Source: Clostridia bacterium
GTDB taxonomy: Bacteria > Bacillota > Clostridia > Oscillospirales > CAG-272
Length of the DNA: 34,317 nucleotides
Direction: 5' to 3'
Assembly: GCA_017935195.1 (NCBI GenBank)
Contig: JAGBIB010000105.1
Location: forward strand, 1 to 34,317
The first letter of the stretch is position 1. Each line of letters begins with the position of its first letter. Positions 1 to 8,891 of the stretch are shown piece by piece. A program made the position numbers and the translations under genes. The notes beneath the pieces are model-generated. The model made no database searches. It was not told where the DNA came from and was given only the letters and a program-made list of their open reading frames with translations.

Positions 1-2
1 TA

Positions 3-3000
3 CTGCTCGATGGTATAGGTCTTGCTTGCGGTTTCGTCGGCGACGATGAGCTTGATCTGCCATTCCTTGTTTACGAGCTTGTCGTAAAGGAGGGCGTTGC
101 TCGACGAAGTGAGGCCGGTGAGGAAGTAGGTCTTTCCGTTCCAGTTCTCAATCTTGGAGTACCAAGCGCCAACGGAAACCTCGTTGTCGATGGTGGTAGG
201 AGCACTATAGCCGGGATAGATGGGATCCATGGGACAGGTAAATCCGCTTGTGGGATCACTGTAATATACGAGAGCTTCACCGTCGTATATCTTGATGGTT
301 ACGGTATATTCAACGCCCTTAACGGGAATGAACTGATTATCACCCTTTCCAAGGCAGGTCTCAAATCTGTAAAGATCGTATTCAAGAGCCTTTGTGGAGG
401 GGGACATGGTGATGGTCTTGTTCTGACTGCCGCCTACGATAGTGATCTTCCAGGTAAGCGCAGTGCTGATATCTACCTTTTCACCATTCAGCTTGATGCC
501 TACAAGAAGCTGTGCTGCCGCATCAAGGTCACCCTTATTGGGGCTATTTCCCCAGTTTTCCCACGCGCCGTACTTGGGCTGGATGGTGATCTTATTATTT
601 ACCACGGTTAGTTCATCTACTACCGCTACCGATGAGGTAACCTCACGGCTTCCGTCATGGGTCACTGCAGTAAGGGAAAATTCACCGCACTTTACTGCTT
701 TGAGAGTAATGCTGTATTCATTTTCAGAAACGATCTGAACTGCTCCCTCGGGATCAACAAGCGTCCAAGTCACTCTCTGATCTGCAAATCTGCTGTTTAC
801 TCTCGAGTAAACCGTGAACTCTGTTCCTGCAAGGATCTGTGAGCCGTCCTTGATATCAAGGGCAACCTCGTTGATCTCGGTGGATTCGTTTTCTCTCCAT
901 ACGGTATCCAGAGGATAAATGGTTACGTCTGCAACGGTGTCACCGCCAACGGAGTACGCCTCCATGCCGATGCTTGCAAAATCGGGAAGAAGGAGCTGTG
1001 AACCGTAGATTTCGCCCTCTCCGACAATGACTTCAATTGAGCCCCAGTCAACGAAAATACGAAGATCAATGGAGCTGTCAGCATTTTCTGTTACCGTATA
1101 CTGACAAGCGAGATTATTTGCATAATCTCCCGGTTTTACATCGGAAACCTTGCCTCTGTTCATGGTCAGAAGCTTGGTTTTGGGATTGTATTTCACAAGC
1201 ATTTCGTAGTTGTTGCCCTTGAAAAGACGGAAGCCTACCTCTGTAACGCTTTCGTCGGGGTCAAGATGGGCAATAAGCTCGTACTGATCGCCGCGGCAGC
1301 CCTCAAGGATATTTTCACCGTTTTCCTTGATGATGGCATCCTTTACGTCAATGAGGGGTGTTCCGCGAAGCGAATTGTACTCTTCAACGGGATTCATGAA
1401 AATACGGAGTCCTTTACTCGTTGATTTGAGTGTCAACTCATAGCAAAGAGTGAGTGTTCCGTTCCAAGGGCTTGTGGGAATGGATTCTGCATAGCTCCAC
1501 GTGTTCATCCAACCGATCATTACAACGCGTCCGCCGGGCGCGTTTTTAAACGTCACACCTGCATAGGAGTCGTTACCGAATTCAAGAGGATAATGGGTGT
1601 TGCTATCGGGAATGTAGCAGATTCTGCCGTCAACTACTTCAAGTTCACCGATCATATACCAAGCACCTGCGCCTGTATAGATCCACTTTACGTTTTCAGG
1701 GTCTCCCTCAACGCTTATGGGGAAAAGATCGGGACATTCCGAATTGATGGCACCGATGCCCGAGGGTCTGTACTCGGGATGGTTACTGTCATAACCGCTT
1801 TCAAATTTCCAATCTATCAGATTTTTAGATGAATATATACGAAGAGGTCCGCCTGCTATGACCATGAGATACGTATTGAGCTGTTCGCACCAGAATACGT
1901 TGGGGTCTCTGAATGCGCTGTCGTTAAGGGGATCATCACTGTTTTTGATTATGGGGTTTTTGGCATATTTTGTCCAGGTGATGCCGCCGTCGGAAGAATA
2001 AGCAAGGCTCTGATCCTGACTGCCCTTAACGTTTGTAAAGTATGCAATAAGATTATCCTTGCTCTTTTCTGCGAAAAGTCCGGATACGTTTTCGGGGTCT
2101 GCAACTGCACTTCCCGACCAGATCGCACCGATCTGGTCGTCGGGGGCGATCGCTACGGGAAGCTCTTCCCAATGCACAAGGTCATCGGATACAGCGTGGC
2201 CCCAATGCATTTCCGAGCCGTTGTGATCTGTTGAATAGGGGATATGCTGGAAGAAGAGGTGCCAACGTCCGTTAAGATAGATCAGCCCGTTGGGGTCGTT
2301 GAGCCAACCCTCTGCGCATGAAAAATGATACTGTCCTCTGTAGTCCTCGGTCTTGAACTCAAGAGCGGAGGGCTGTCTTGATACGGTAACGGTAACGGGA
2401 ATCTCAACGCCTGTTGCTTCATCCTTCAAAACGATGGAAACTGTATTTTTTCCAACGCTTACCGATACCTCTGTGGGTGCGCCGATTTGAACTGTTTTTC
2501 CGTTGATCTTAAGCTCTGCGCTTCCTTCGGCGGATACCGTTATCTTAATGGTCTTGGTTTCATTTGGAAGTGTAGGAAGCGTATATGCGCCCACTTTTTC
2601 CGAAAAAGCAGGGCTGAGTGCCATGCCTTCCACCTCAATATCGGTGATTTTGGCAACCTTCTTGTCGCCAAGATCCGTATAAACGGTATTTTGGAAGGTA
2701 GCTGAGCTGTATTCTGCAGTACCGATACCGAGATATCCGTCGGCATAATAAGAGGGGAGAGTTGCTGAGCATACGGGGATACCGTCTACGTATACGGTAC
2801 AAAGACCGTCGATCACCATTACTCTCATTTTATAAGAAGCCTTATTATACTCAAAGGAATTTCCGTTATTCGTGGATATTGTGGGATATCCCTTGGAAGA
2901 GCTGAAGCAAAACACCTTCGTTTCGCCCTTGTTGGTTCTATCAAGCTTGAAAATAAAGGAGTCCTCTGAGGTGGTGTTTTTTGAGGCACCAAAGATCAGA

Positions 3001-3290
3001 TTTGCCACGTTGCCCTTTGTGAAGGTAACGTCACTTTCAAAGATGAAGTTTCCGTTTGTCTTGGTCTTGCTTATGGCAAGCGCATCGTTTGAAGTGGTAT
3101 AATTAATATTTATACCGCCGTCAACGTACGTAAGCTTGACGGGTTTATTGGTGGTGGAGGCAAGATCTGTAAGATTCGTCTCCCAGTTGTTTTCATCGCC
3201 AAATGAGCCAAATGAACCGAATGAAACAAACTGAACGATACCCAATAACATCGTCATGGAAAGTATCAAGGATGTGATTCTTTTTTTCAT
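3..3290 (-). CDS. Secreted multimodular GH32 (levanase/inulinase/beta-fructofuranosidase-like); partial, runs off left edge
   Basis: Manual translation: ATG at 3290 with AAGGAG SD, signal peptide MKKRITSLILSMTMLLGIVQF, beta-rich N-terminal and cadherin/Ig-like segments, then GH32 motifs YHFS-WLNDPNG, HWGHAVS, WSGSA, FRDPNV, ECPDLF. The frame is still open at position 3. Confidence 0.93.
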   Translation of the reverse strand, partial: MKKRITSLILSMTMLLGIVQFVSFGSFGSFGDENNWETNLTDLASTTNKPVKLTYVDGGININYTTSNDALAISKTKTNGNFIFESDVTFTKGNVANLIFGASKNTTSEDSFIFKLDRTNKGETKVFCFSSSKGYPTISTNNGNSFEYNKASYKMRVMVIDGLCTVYVDGIPVCSATLPSYYADGYLGIGTAEYSSATFQNTVYTDLGDKKVAKITDIEVEGMALSPAFSEKVGAYTLPTLPNETKTIKITVSAEGSAELKINGKTVQIGAPTEVSVSVGKNTVSIVLKDEATGVEIPVTVTVSRQPSALEFKTEDYRGQYHFSCAEGWLNDPNGLIYLNGRWHLFFQHIPYSTDHNGSEMHWGHAVSDDLVHWEELPVAIAPDDQIGAIWSGSAVADPENVSGLFAEKSKDNLIAYFTNVKGSQDQSLAYSSDGGITWTKYAKNPIIKNSDDPLNDSAFRDPNVFWCEQLNTYLMVIAGGPLRIYSSKNLIDWKFESGYDSNHPEYRPSGIGAINSECPDLFPISVEGDPENVKWIYTGAGAWYMIGELEVVDGRICYIPDSNTHYPLEFGNDSYAGVTFKNAPGGRVVMIGWMNTWSYAESIPTSPWNGTLTLCYELTLKSTSKGLRIFMNPVEEYNSLRGTPLIDVKDAIIKENGENILEGCRGDQYELIAHLDPDESVTEVGFRLFKGNNYEMLVKYNPKTKLLTMNRGKVSDVKPGDYANNLACQYTVTENADSSIDLRIFVDWGSIEVIVGEGEIYGSQLLLPDFASIGMEAYSVGGDTVADVTIYPLDTVWRENESTEINEVALDIKDGSQILAGTEFTVYSRVNSRFADQRVTWTLVDPEGAVQIVSENEYSITLKAVKCGEFSLTAVTHDGSREVTSSVAVVDELTVVNNKITIQPKYGAWENWGNSPNKGDLDAAAQLLVGIKLNGEKVDISTALTWKITIVGGSQNKTITMSPSTKALEYDLYRFETCLGKGDNQFIPVKGVEYTVTIKIYDGEALVYYSDPTSGFTCPMDPIYPGYSAPTTIDNEVSVGAWYSKIENWNGKTYFLTGLTSSSNALLYDKLVNKEWQIKLIVADETASKTYTIEQ

Positions 3291-3339
3291 TTTAATTTTC
3301 TCCTTTTAATTTTTTTATTTATAATTTACACCCTGTAAA

Positions 3340-4545
3340 TTATAGTTCCTTAAAAACAAGTTCGCCTGTCTCGCAGGCGGTGGCTGCGCGGAAGGTCATA
3401 CATCCGCCATAGCCTCCCATCTCCTTGAAGCCCGTGAATATGATCCTTTCCCCCCACACGGCACCCTTTGGCACGCCCGCACAAGGGATTATGGGCTCTT
3501 TTGGCACCTGCCAAGGTCCAAAAGGCTCTTTTGAAAACAGGTATCGCGCCCTGCCGTATAAGCTATAGATCAAGTAATACCATTCACCGTAGTGAATATA
3601 ATCGGGACATTCGGGCTCTTCGGCGCTGTCGTTTATAAGCATAGGCTCTCCCGTGTCTGTCCAGGTATGAAGATCCGACGATACGAGATGTGCAAGACAG
3701 CCCTTCTGCTCCTTTGAAAGTCTTGTGGTCAAAAGCATATGGAACAGTCCGTCCGAGTCCTTGAATACCTTGGGGTCCCGGGCAGATGAGGGTGTATATC
3801 GCTCGGATATGGTAAATGAAAAGCTACGATCCTTTTCAAAATGATATCCGTCCTCCGAAACACTTCGGCAAATGGGGGCGGGAAGACCTCTGCCCCGTCT
3901 TACCGTATAATAAAGATGCTCTGTTTTTCCATGTGCGATCCACGATCCCGTGCAAATGGAGCCCTCCCAAGGCTCGCTTATCGGTACTGCCATGGGATGC
4001 ACCGCCCAGGTTTTGAAATCTGCAGTGGAGATGTGCTCCCACTGATGGGCTCCAAGTCCCCATTTACTGCCGTGATGGCGGCGATCCTTGAGATACAAAA
4101 CGTGATACTCGTCCTCCCTTCGGTAGGGCATACAGTCTCCGACGAACACCCCGTTGCCGGGGTACCACCCCTCTGCATTTTCAAAGGTGGTTATAACGCT
4201 TGGACTTGCCAAAGGCTCCTCACTGTATTCATCGATTCTAATCTCGGCATCGGAAACAAGGTTGTCCGATAAAGAAAACAACCGTTCGCCGTTAGGCCAG
4301 TCCTCGTCGCGCAGCTCGCCGTTGCGGTAAAGCTCAATTCGGTGATCCATAAGGATTACTTCAAAGCTGTCACCTGCAGAACATTCCGAATGAAGACTCA
4401 AGGGTCGTCTTGCGTAATCATACTGAACGGATACGGTGATATACCCATCAAAAGCTTGTACCTCTAAGGTTTTTCTTCCGCTTTTTATAAAAACCGCATA
4501 CATCGGCATGGCAGATACGCCAAAAGATAGCTTAATCTTATTCAT
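3340..4545 (-). CDS. GH32/clan GH-J five-bladed beta-propeller glycoside hydrolase, cytoplasmic
   Basis: GDCMPY, HQWEH.S.D, ICTGS, ARDPKVF, ECPDY motifs; no signal peptide; SD GGAGG upstream. Confidence 0.85.
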   Translation of the reverse strand: MNKIKLSFGVSAMPMYAVFIKSGRKTLEVQAFDGYITVSVQYDYARRPLSLHSECSAGDSFEVILMDHRIELYRNGELRDEDWPNGERLFSLSDNLVSDAEIRIDEYSEEPLASPSVITTFENAEGWYPGNGVFVGDCMPYRREDEYHVLYLKDRRHHGSKWGLGAHQWEHISTADFKTWAVHPMAVPISEPWEGSICTGSWIAHGKTEHLYYTVRRGRGLPAPICRSVSEDGYHFEKDRSFSFTISERYTPSSARDPKVFKDSDGLFHMLLTTRLSKEQKGCLAHLVSSDLHTWTDTGEPMLINDSAEEPECPDYIHYGEWYYLIYSLYGRARYLFSKEPFGPWQVPKEPIIPCAGVPKGAVWGERIIFTGFKEMGGYGGCMTFRAATACETGELVFKEL

Positions 4546-4557
4546 TTAACCCCTCCC

Positions 4558-6279
4558 TTAACTGTATTTTATAAATTCGGGGAATCCTTCCTCGTACTTT
4601 AAAAGTCCGATTGCAAGTGCCGAGAACAGTGCTGCGCCCGTTGCAGCTTCCTCGGTGATCCTATTAAGAGAAACATCCATTTCAAATCTGTCCTCAATAA
4701 GATTTTTGAACACGGGATTTTTCTTTACAGCCCCGCCCGAAGCAACGACATGGCTCTTTTTTTCGGGGAAGACTGTATATAGCTGGTGCAATTCCTCACA
4801 TATTCCCTTTAAAAGCCCCAAGATCAGTGCGGACGGTGTAAAATTATAGGCGTCGATTCCCTCAATGGAGCCCCTGCAATCAGGGTCCGATCTTTTACCG
4901 TAAAACGAGGTGTTTACCCTTACTCCCCTCTCAGCACCGCTGTACGCCTCCTTTGCAATTTTATTCATTATGCTGTACTGCGGTGTATCTTTCATACCTA
5001 TACTCACGGCGTAGGATCTGAAAAATTTTTCAAGCATCGCGTAAGCGGAGCCACCGCAGAGAGCTGAACCGCACACAAGATATTTCCCTTCAATAAACGG
5101 ACGAAGCTCTATCTCGGGCTGTAACTCACAGTAATCGCTTACCGCAGAGATCTGTGATCCTGTGCCGATATTGATAAGCACGCTGTCACCGATCTGTCTC
5201 ATGGAACCGATAAAGCTTGCCTGATTATCCCCGATGGGTACTGAAATCGATATTCCGTTCCAGCTCCCTATTATCTGAGTGGACGATGTCACCCTTGGAA
5301 CAAGATCCTCTTCAATTCCTAAAATCCGAAGCTTTTCTCTCATAAAGCATCCGTTTTTAATATCAAAAAGACCGATGGCTGCACCAATCGATGTATGAGT
5401 CAGTGCTTCATTCATTCCACATAGCCTCATTGCAAACAGATCCATTATGCTGCAAAAGCCCACTGCGCTCTCGGGAACGAGTCCCCTTTTTAAATTGTAA
5501 TAATGTGTTGCAATGCCATATCCCGTGAAGACGCTTTCGCCCGTGAGCTGCTTGATTTCCTCACATGCAGTCACGCCCCCTTCAAGCACTCTGTCTGCGC
5601 GCTTGTCCTGCCAGTTTATGAGATTTGACACTGCTTTTCCGTTACTGTCAACATACACGATTCCGTGCATCTGCCCTGTAATTCCGATGCTGACGATCCC
5701 CTTGTATGCTTTGATAATGTGGCATAGAAGCTTTTCGGCTTTTTCAAGGATCACATCCACTCTTTGCTCGGAATAATCCTTTGAGGGAATATGGGATCTG
5801 TGAGGCGTTGAATATACCTCCACCTGCTCCTTGCTGTCCATATCCATCACCACCGCGCTGATGGTAGTCGTACCAAGATCTATCCCTACGCACAGCGTTC
5901 CGAATGTAAGCTGTGTTATTTCCTCGCTCTCCGTAAAGATCTTGTTATCTCCTTTTCCACCGTTTATGATCATTGAGGTGATGTTATCGCAGAATTGATA
6001 TTGTTCTGAGTTCTTGCCTTTTTCGTCAAGGATCTCTTTTTTTCTTTTGCTGAGAAGCTCGTCAAGAGAAACTACGCCGCAAAGATAAAGCTTTATATCG
6101 GTTATGGTGATGCCGGCCTCCCTGAAAAGCTTTATTGTTTTTAAGGTGTTGACGTTTTCCTGTGAATAATTTCTGTATCCGTTTTCACTTCTTGATATTT
6201 GGATAAGCCCCTTGGACTCATAAAGTCTGATTGCCTTTTGCGTAAGTCCCGTAAGCTTTTCCACGTCGTTTATCTTCAC
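4558..6279 (-). CDS. MerR-family HTH fused to FGGY carbohydrate kinase (sedoheptulokinase/xylulokinase-like)
   Basis: N-term MKINDVEKLTGLTQKAIRLYESKGLI..NGYRNYS (MerR wHTH); kinase motifs GIDLGTT, ITGQMHG, WQDKR, GDNQAS, NIGTGSQ, SGGAV. GTG at 6279 fits GGAGG spacing better than 6288. Confidence 0.9.
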   Translation of the reverse strand: MKINDVEKLTGLTQKAIRLYESKGLIQISRSENGYRNYSQENVNTLKTIKLFREAGITITDIKLYLCGVVSLDELLSKRKKEILDEKGKNSEQYQFCDNITSMIINGGKGDNKIFTESEEITQLTFGTLCVGIDLGTTTISAVVMDMDSKEQVEVYSTPHRSHIPSKDYSEQRVDVILEKAEKLLCHIIKAYKGIVSIGITGQMHGIVYVDSNGKAVSNLINWQDKRADRVLEGGVTACEEIKQLTGESVFTGYGIATHYYNLKRGLVPESAVGFCSIMDLFAMRLCGMNEALTHTSIGAAIGLFDIKNGCFMREKLRILGIEEDLVPRVTSSTQIIGSWNGISISVPIGDNQASFIGSMRQIGDSVLINIGTGSQISAVSDYCELQPEIELRPFIEGKYLVCGSALCGGSAYAMLEKFFRSYAVSIGMKDTPQYSIMNKIAKEAYSGAERGVRVNTSFYGKRSDPDCRGSIEGIDAYNFTPSALILGLLKGICEELHQLYTVFPEKKSHVVASGGAVKKNPVFKNLIEDRFEMDVSLNRITEEAATGAALFSALAIGLLKYEEGFPEFIKYS

Positions 6280-6300
6280 TTTAAACACCTCCCCATGTCC

Positions 6301-6331
6301 ATTATAAACCCTTACTTAAGGTCAATGTCAA
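6301..6331 (-). promoter_or_regulatory. MerR-type sigma70 promoter with 19-bp spacer and operator dyad
   Basis: Minus strand TTGACA-19 bp-TATAAT; spacer contains CCTTA-N2-TAAGG (6310-6321). Confidence 0.85.
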
Positions 6332-6412
6332 TAGCTTTTTAATTGTTTTTTTGGTTGTTTTTAATATTTTTTTCATTTTTTTTTAAAAACTGCGTTTATT
6401 TTTAAAAAACGG

Positions 6413-6441
6413 TTGACAAGAAAACAATAATATGATATAAG
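6413..6441 (+). promoter_or_regulatory. sigma70 promoter of GH31 gene
   Basis: TTGACA-17 bp-TATAAG with extended -10 TG. Confidence 0.7.
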
Positions 6442-6477
6442 CCATTTATCGATATGTTTTATTTGGAGGACACCGAA

Positions 6478-8412
6478 ATGTCAGTTTATAAAATAAGATA
6501 CGGCACTCCGGAGGATCTTGTGCCTACAAATTTTGCAAGAAAAAGTCTTATCAGCTATAAGTCTTTATCGGAAAATGAGGTTGAAGAAATAAGCTTTAAA
6601 AAAACAAAAAAAGGATGTCTTTTAGAGATTCCTTTAAGGGCTGGCAACGAGGTCTACGGCTTCGGTCTTCAGCTTAAAGGCTTTCGTCAGACAAATCTGA
6701 AAAAGACCATCCGTCCAAATGCCGATCCGATCTCCAACACCGGTGACAGCCACGCCCCGGTTCCTTTTTTCGTTACAACCGATGGCTGGGGGATCTACGT
6801 TGACAGTGCCCGGTATGTTGAGTTCAACTGCGGATATACCAAGGTGACCTCTGCAAGCGATAACTCGAAAGTCGAGCTTAAAACGGATTTTGAAAGTCTT
6901 TACGCTAAACGAGAGAGCGCTTATACCACCGTGCTCACAATTGACGTTCCCTTTGCCGAGGGCGTAGATATATACGTTTTCAAGGGGGAAAGCATCCTTG
7001 ACGCGGTTTGTGAATACAATCTTTTTTCGGGAGGCGGATGTGATGCTTCTCTTTGGGGACTCGGCAATCTTTACAGATGCCATTCGGAATTTACGGAAGA
7101 TCAAGTTCTTGCCATGGCAGAAAAATTCAGAAAGCTCAAGATCCCTTGTGACATTCTCGGACTTGAGCCCGGCTGGCAGTCATGCTCCTATTCAAGCTCC
7201 TTTTGCTGGGATCAGGAAAGATTTCCTAACAAGGAAGATGTGTTGAGACAAATTACGGATATGGGCTTCAAGCTTAATTTGTGGGAGCAGGCATTTGTTC
7301 ACCCTTCAAGCCCGCTTTACGATGCGCTCGTTTCTTATAGCGGAGATTACAAGGTGTGGAACGGTCTTGTGCCGGATTTTGCAACCAAGGGCGCGCAAGA
7401 GATTTTTATAAATCATCACGTCCCCTTTAACACTCTTGGCGTCAGCGGATATAAGCTTGATGAATGTGACGGAAGCGACTATACGGGTCAGTGGACCTTT
7501 CCTCTTTGTGCCGAGTTTCCCTCAGGACTTGACGGGGACCAGTACCACAGCTTGTTTGGTACACTTTTTGCACGCACCATGCTTCAGGTCTTCGGCGAAA
7601 ACAAGACGTTTTCCGAGGTTAGAAATTTAGGTGCGCTTGCCGCTCCGTATCCGTTTGTCCTTTACAGCGACCTTTATGACCACAGAGATTTCATAAGAGG
7701 TGTTGCAAATGCGGGGTTTTCAGGACTGCTTTGGTCGCCGGAGGTGCGCCATGCAAAGAGCCGTGAGGACCTTATCCGCCGCGTACAGACCGTGGTATTC
7801 AGCGTACAATCCCTTATAAATGCCTTCTATCTTGACGATATGCCTTGGATAGAAAAGGAATGTACCGATGAAATCAAACGATTGCTTGAGCTTCGTATGT
7901 CTCTTGTTCCTTATTTGTATTCTGCTTTTTATGACTACAAAACCAAGGGTAAGCCTCCCGTACGTGCTCTGGTTTGTGATTATTCCCGCGATAAGAATAC
8001 CTATAACATATGGGATGAGTACCTTTTTGGTGATGATATGATCGTTGCGCCCATGACCGAAAAGGAAAAAGAGCGCGAGGTGTATTTGCCTGTCGGTACT
8101 TGGTATAATTTCTTTACGGGCGAAAAAATCGAAGGCGGAAACAAGTTCACAGTCAAAACCGATGATATTCCCGTTTTCGTGAAGGAGGGCACGATTCTGC
8201 CCCTTGCGCGTCCCGTACAATATATTACACGGGATACGCAATTTGAAATCACGCTGAACCTGTACGGCGACACCTCAAATACACAAACAAAGCTTATTGA
8301 AGACGATGGTTGTACCTATCATAGCCCTGTACGTGTTCTGAAGATTGATGCTGATACAGATGATCTTGATTCCTTCAGATACCGCATCACGAACAAGAAA
8401 AAGATCATATAA
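6478..8412 (+). CDS. GH31 family glycoside hydrolase (alpha-glycosidase, TIM barrel)
   Basis: YGFG, PVPFF, IPCD, KLDE nucleophile region, LVPYLY, DEYLFGDDMIVAP, VYLP.G.W, IPVFVKEG. ATG at 6478 follows GGAGG. Confidence 0.88.
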   Translation: MSVYKIRYGTPEDLVPTNFARKSLISYKSLSENEVEEISFKKTKKGCLLEIPLRAGNEVYGFGLQLKGFRQTNLKKTIRPNADPISNTGDSHAPVPFFVTTDGWGIYVDSARYVEFNCGYTKVTSASDNSKVELKTDFESLYAKRESAYTTVLTIDVPFAEGVDIYVFKGESILDAVCEYNLFSGGGCDASLWGLGNLYRCHSEFTEDQVLAMAEKFRKLKIPCDILGLEPGWQSCSYSSSFCWDQERFPNKEDVLRQITDMGFKLNLWEQAFVHPSSPLYDALVSYSGDYKVWNGLVPDFATKGAQEIFINHHVPFNTLGVSGYKLDECDGSDYTGQWTFPLCAEFPSGLDGDQYHSLFGTLFARTMLQVFGENKTFSEVRNLGALAAPYPFVLYSDLYDHRDFIRGVANAGFSGLLWSPEVRHAKSREDLIRRVQTVVFSVQSLINAFYLDDMPWIEKECTDEIKRLLELRMSLVPYLYSAFYDYKTKGKPPVRALVCDYSRDKNTYNIWDEYLFGDDMIVAPMTEKEKEREVYLPVGTWYNFFTGEKIEGGNKFTVKTDDIPVFVKEGTILPLARPVQYITRDTQFEITLNLYGDTSNTQTKLIEDDGCTYHSPVRVLKIDADTDDLDSFRYRITNKKKII

Positions 8413-8567
8413 TAACTTGACATAAAGAAAACAGAAGCTACTGTCTGCTCCTTGACGCTCCAAGGGAAGCTAACCGTAGCGTGGCAGTAAGTTTGGATGA
8501 AACGATTCGGTAAATGACGGTTGATCCCAACGATGTTGCAGGCTTATAAAAGCGGAGTATAGAAAAC

Positions 8568-8615
8568 AAAAAGCACCCGCAGTGCCTTCCGATTAGGCAT
8601 CGCGGGTGCTTTTTT
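8568..8615 (+). terminator. Intrinsic terminator (probably bidirectional)
   Basis: AAAAAGCACCCGC...GCGGGTGCTTTTTT stem with U tract. Confidence 0.75.
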
Positions 8616-8628
8616 GCGTCGTTTTCCA

Positions 8629-8738
8629 CCAAACGGCAGTTTGGTGCATTCAAAGTTTTTGGGATCAAGCCCTTTTTTCAAAAAGGGCTTGCGGGTACCA
8701 AGGGCAGCGCCCTTGGCGGGGTACGGGGCAAAGCCCCG
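8629..8738. repeat. REP/MITE-like composite palindromic element, copy A
   Basis: CCAAACGGCAGTTTGG, AAAGTTTTTG, AAGCCCTTTT..AAAAGGGCTT, CCAAGGGC-AGC-GCCCTTGG, CGGGGC-AAA-GCCCCG; related copy at 10122-10217. Confidence 0.7.
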
Positions 8739-8804
8739 ACCTTTGTTTGGTGTATCTTTAAAAAATATAACACAAACTGATAATTTTTCTCGCAAAATGC
8801 GTTG

Positions 8805-8833
8805 TTGATTTCTTGCTTGTTTTATTGTATACT
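8805..8833 (+). promoter_or_regulatory. Putative sigma70 promoter of XRE regulator
   Basis: TTGATT-17 bp-TATACT. Confidence 0.55.
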
Positions 8834-8891
8834 ATGGATGTCGACAGGAGAACGCCCTTGCAAGGCCCAAAAATATTGTTTGGAGGAAATT

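Noticed and set aside
71-3102. Short ORFs listed in the first 3.1 kb
   Set aside because: All overlap the large minus-strand GH32 ORF that the track omitted because it lacks a stop in the window.
3201-3232. 9-bp tandem repeat encoding SFG-SFG-SFG near the GH32 signal peptide
   Set aside because: In-frame, degenerate micro-duplication; not a phase-variation tract.
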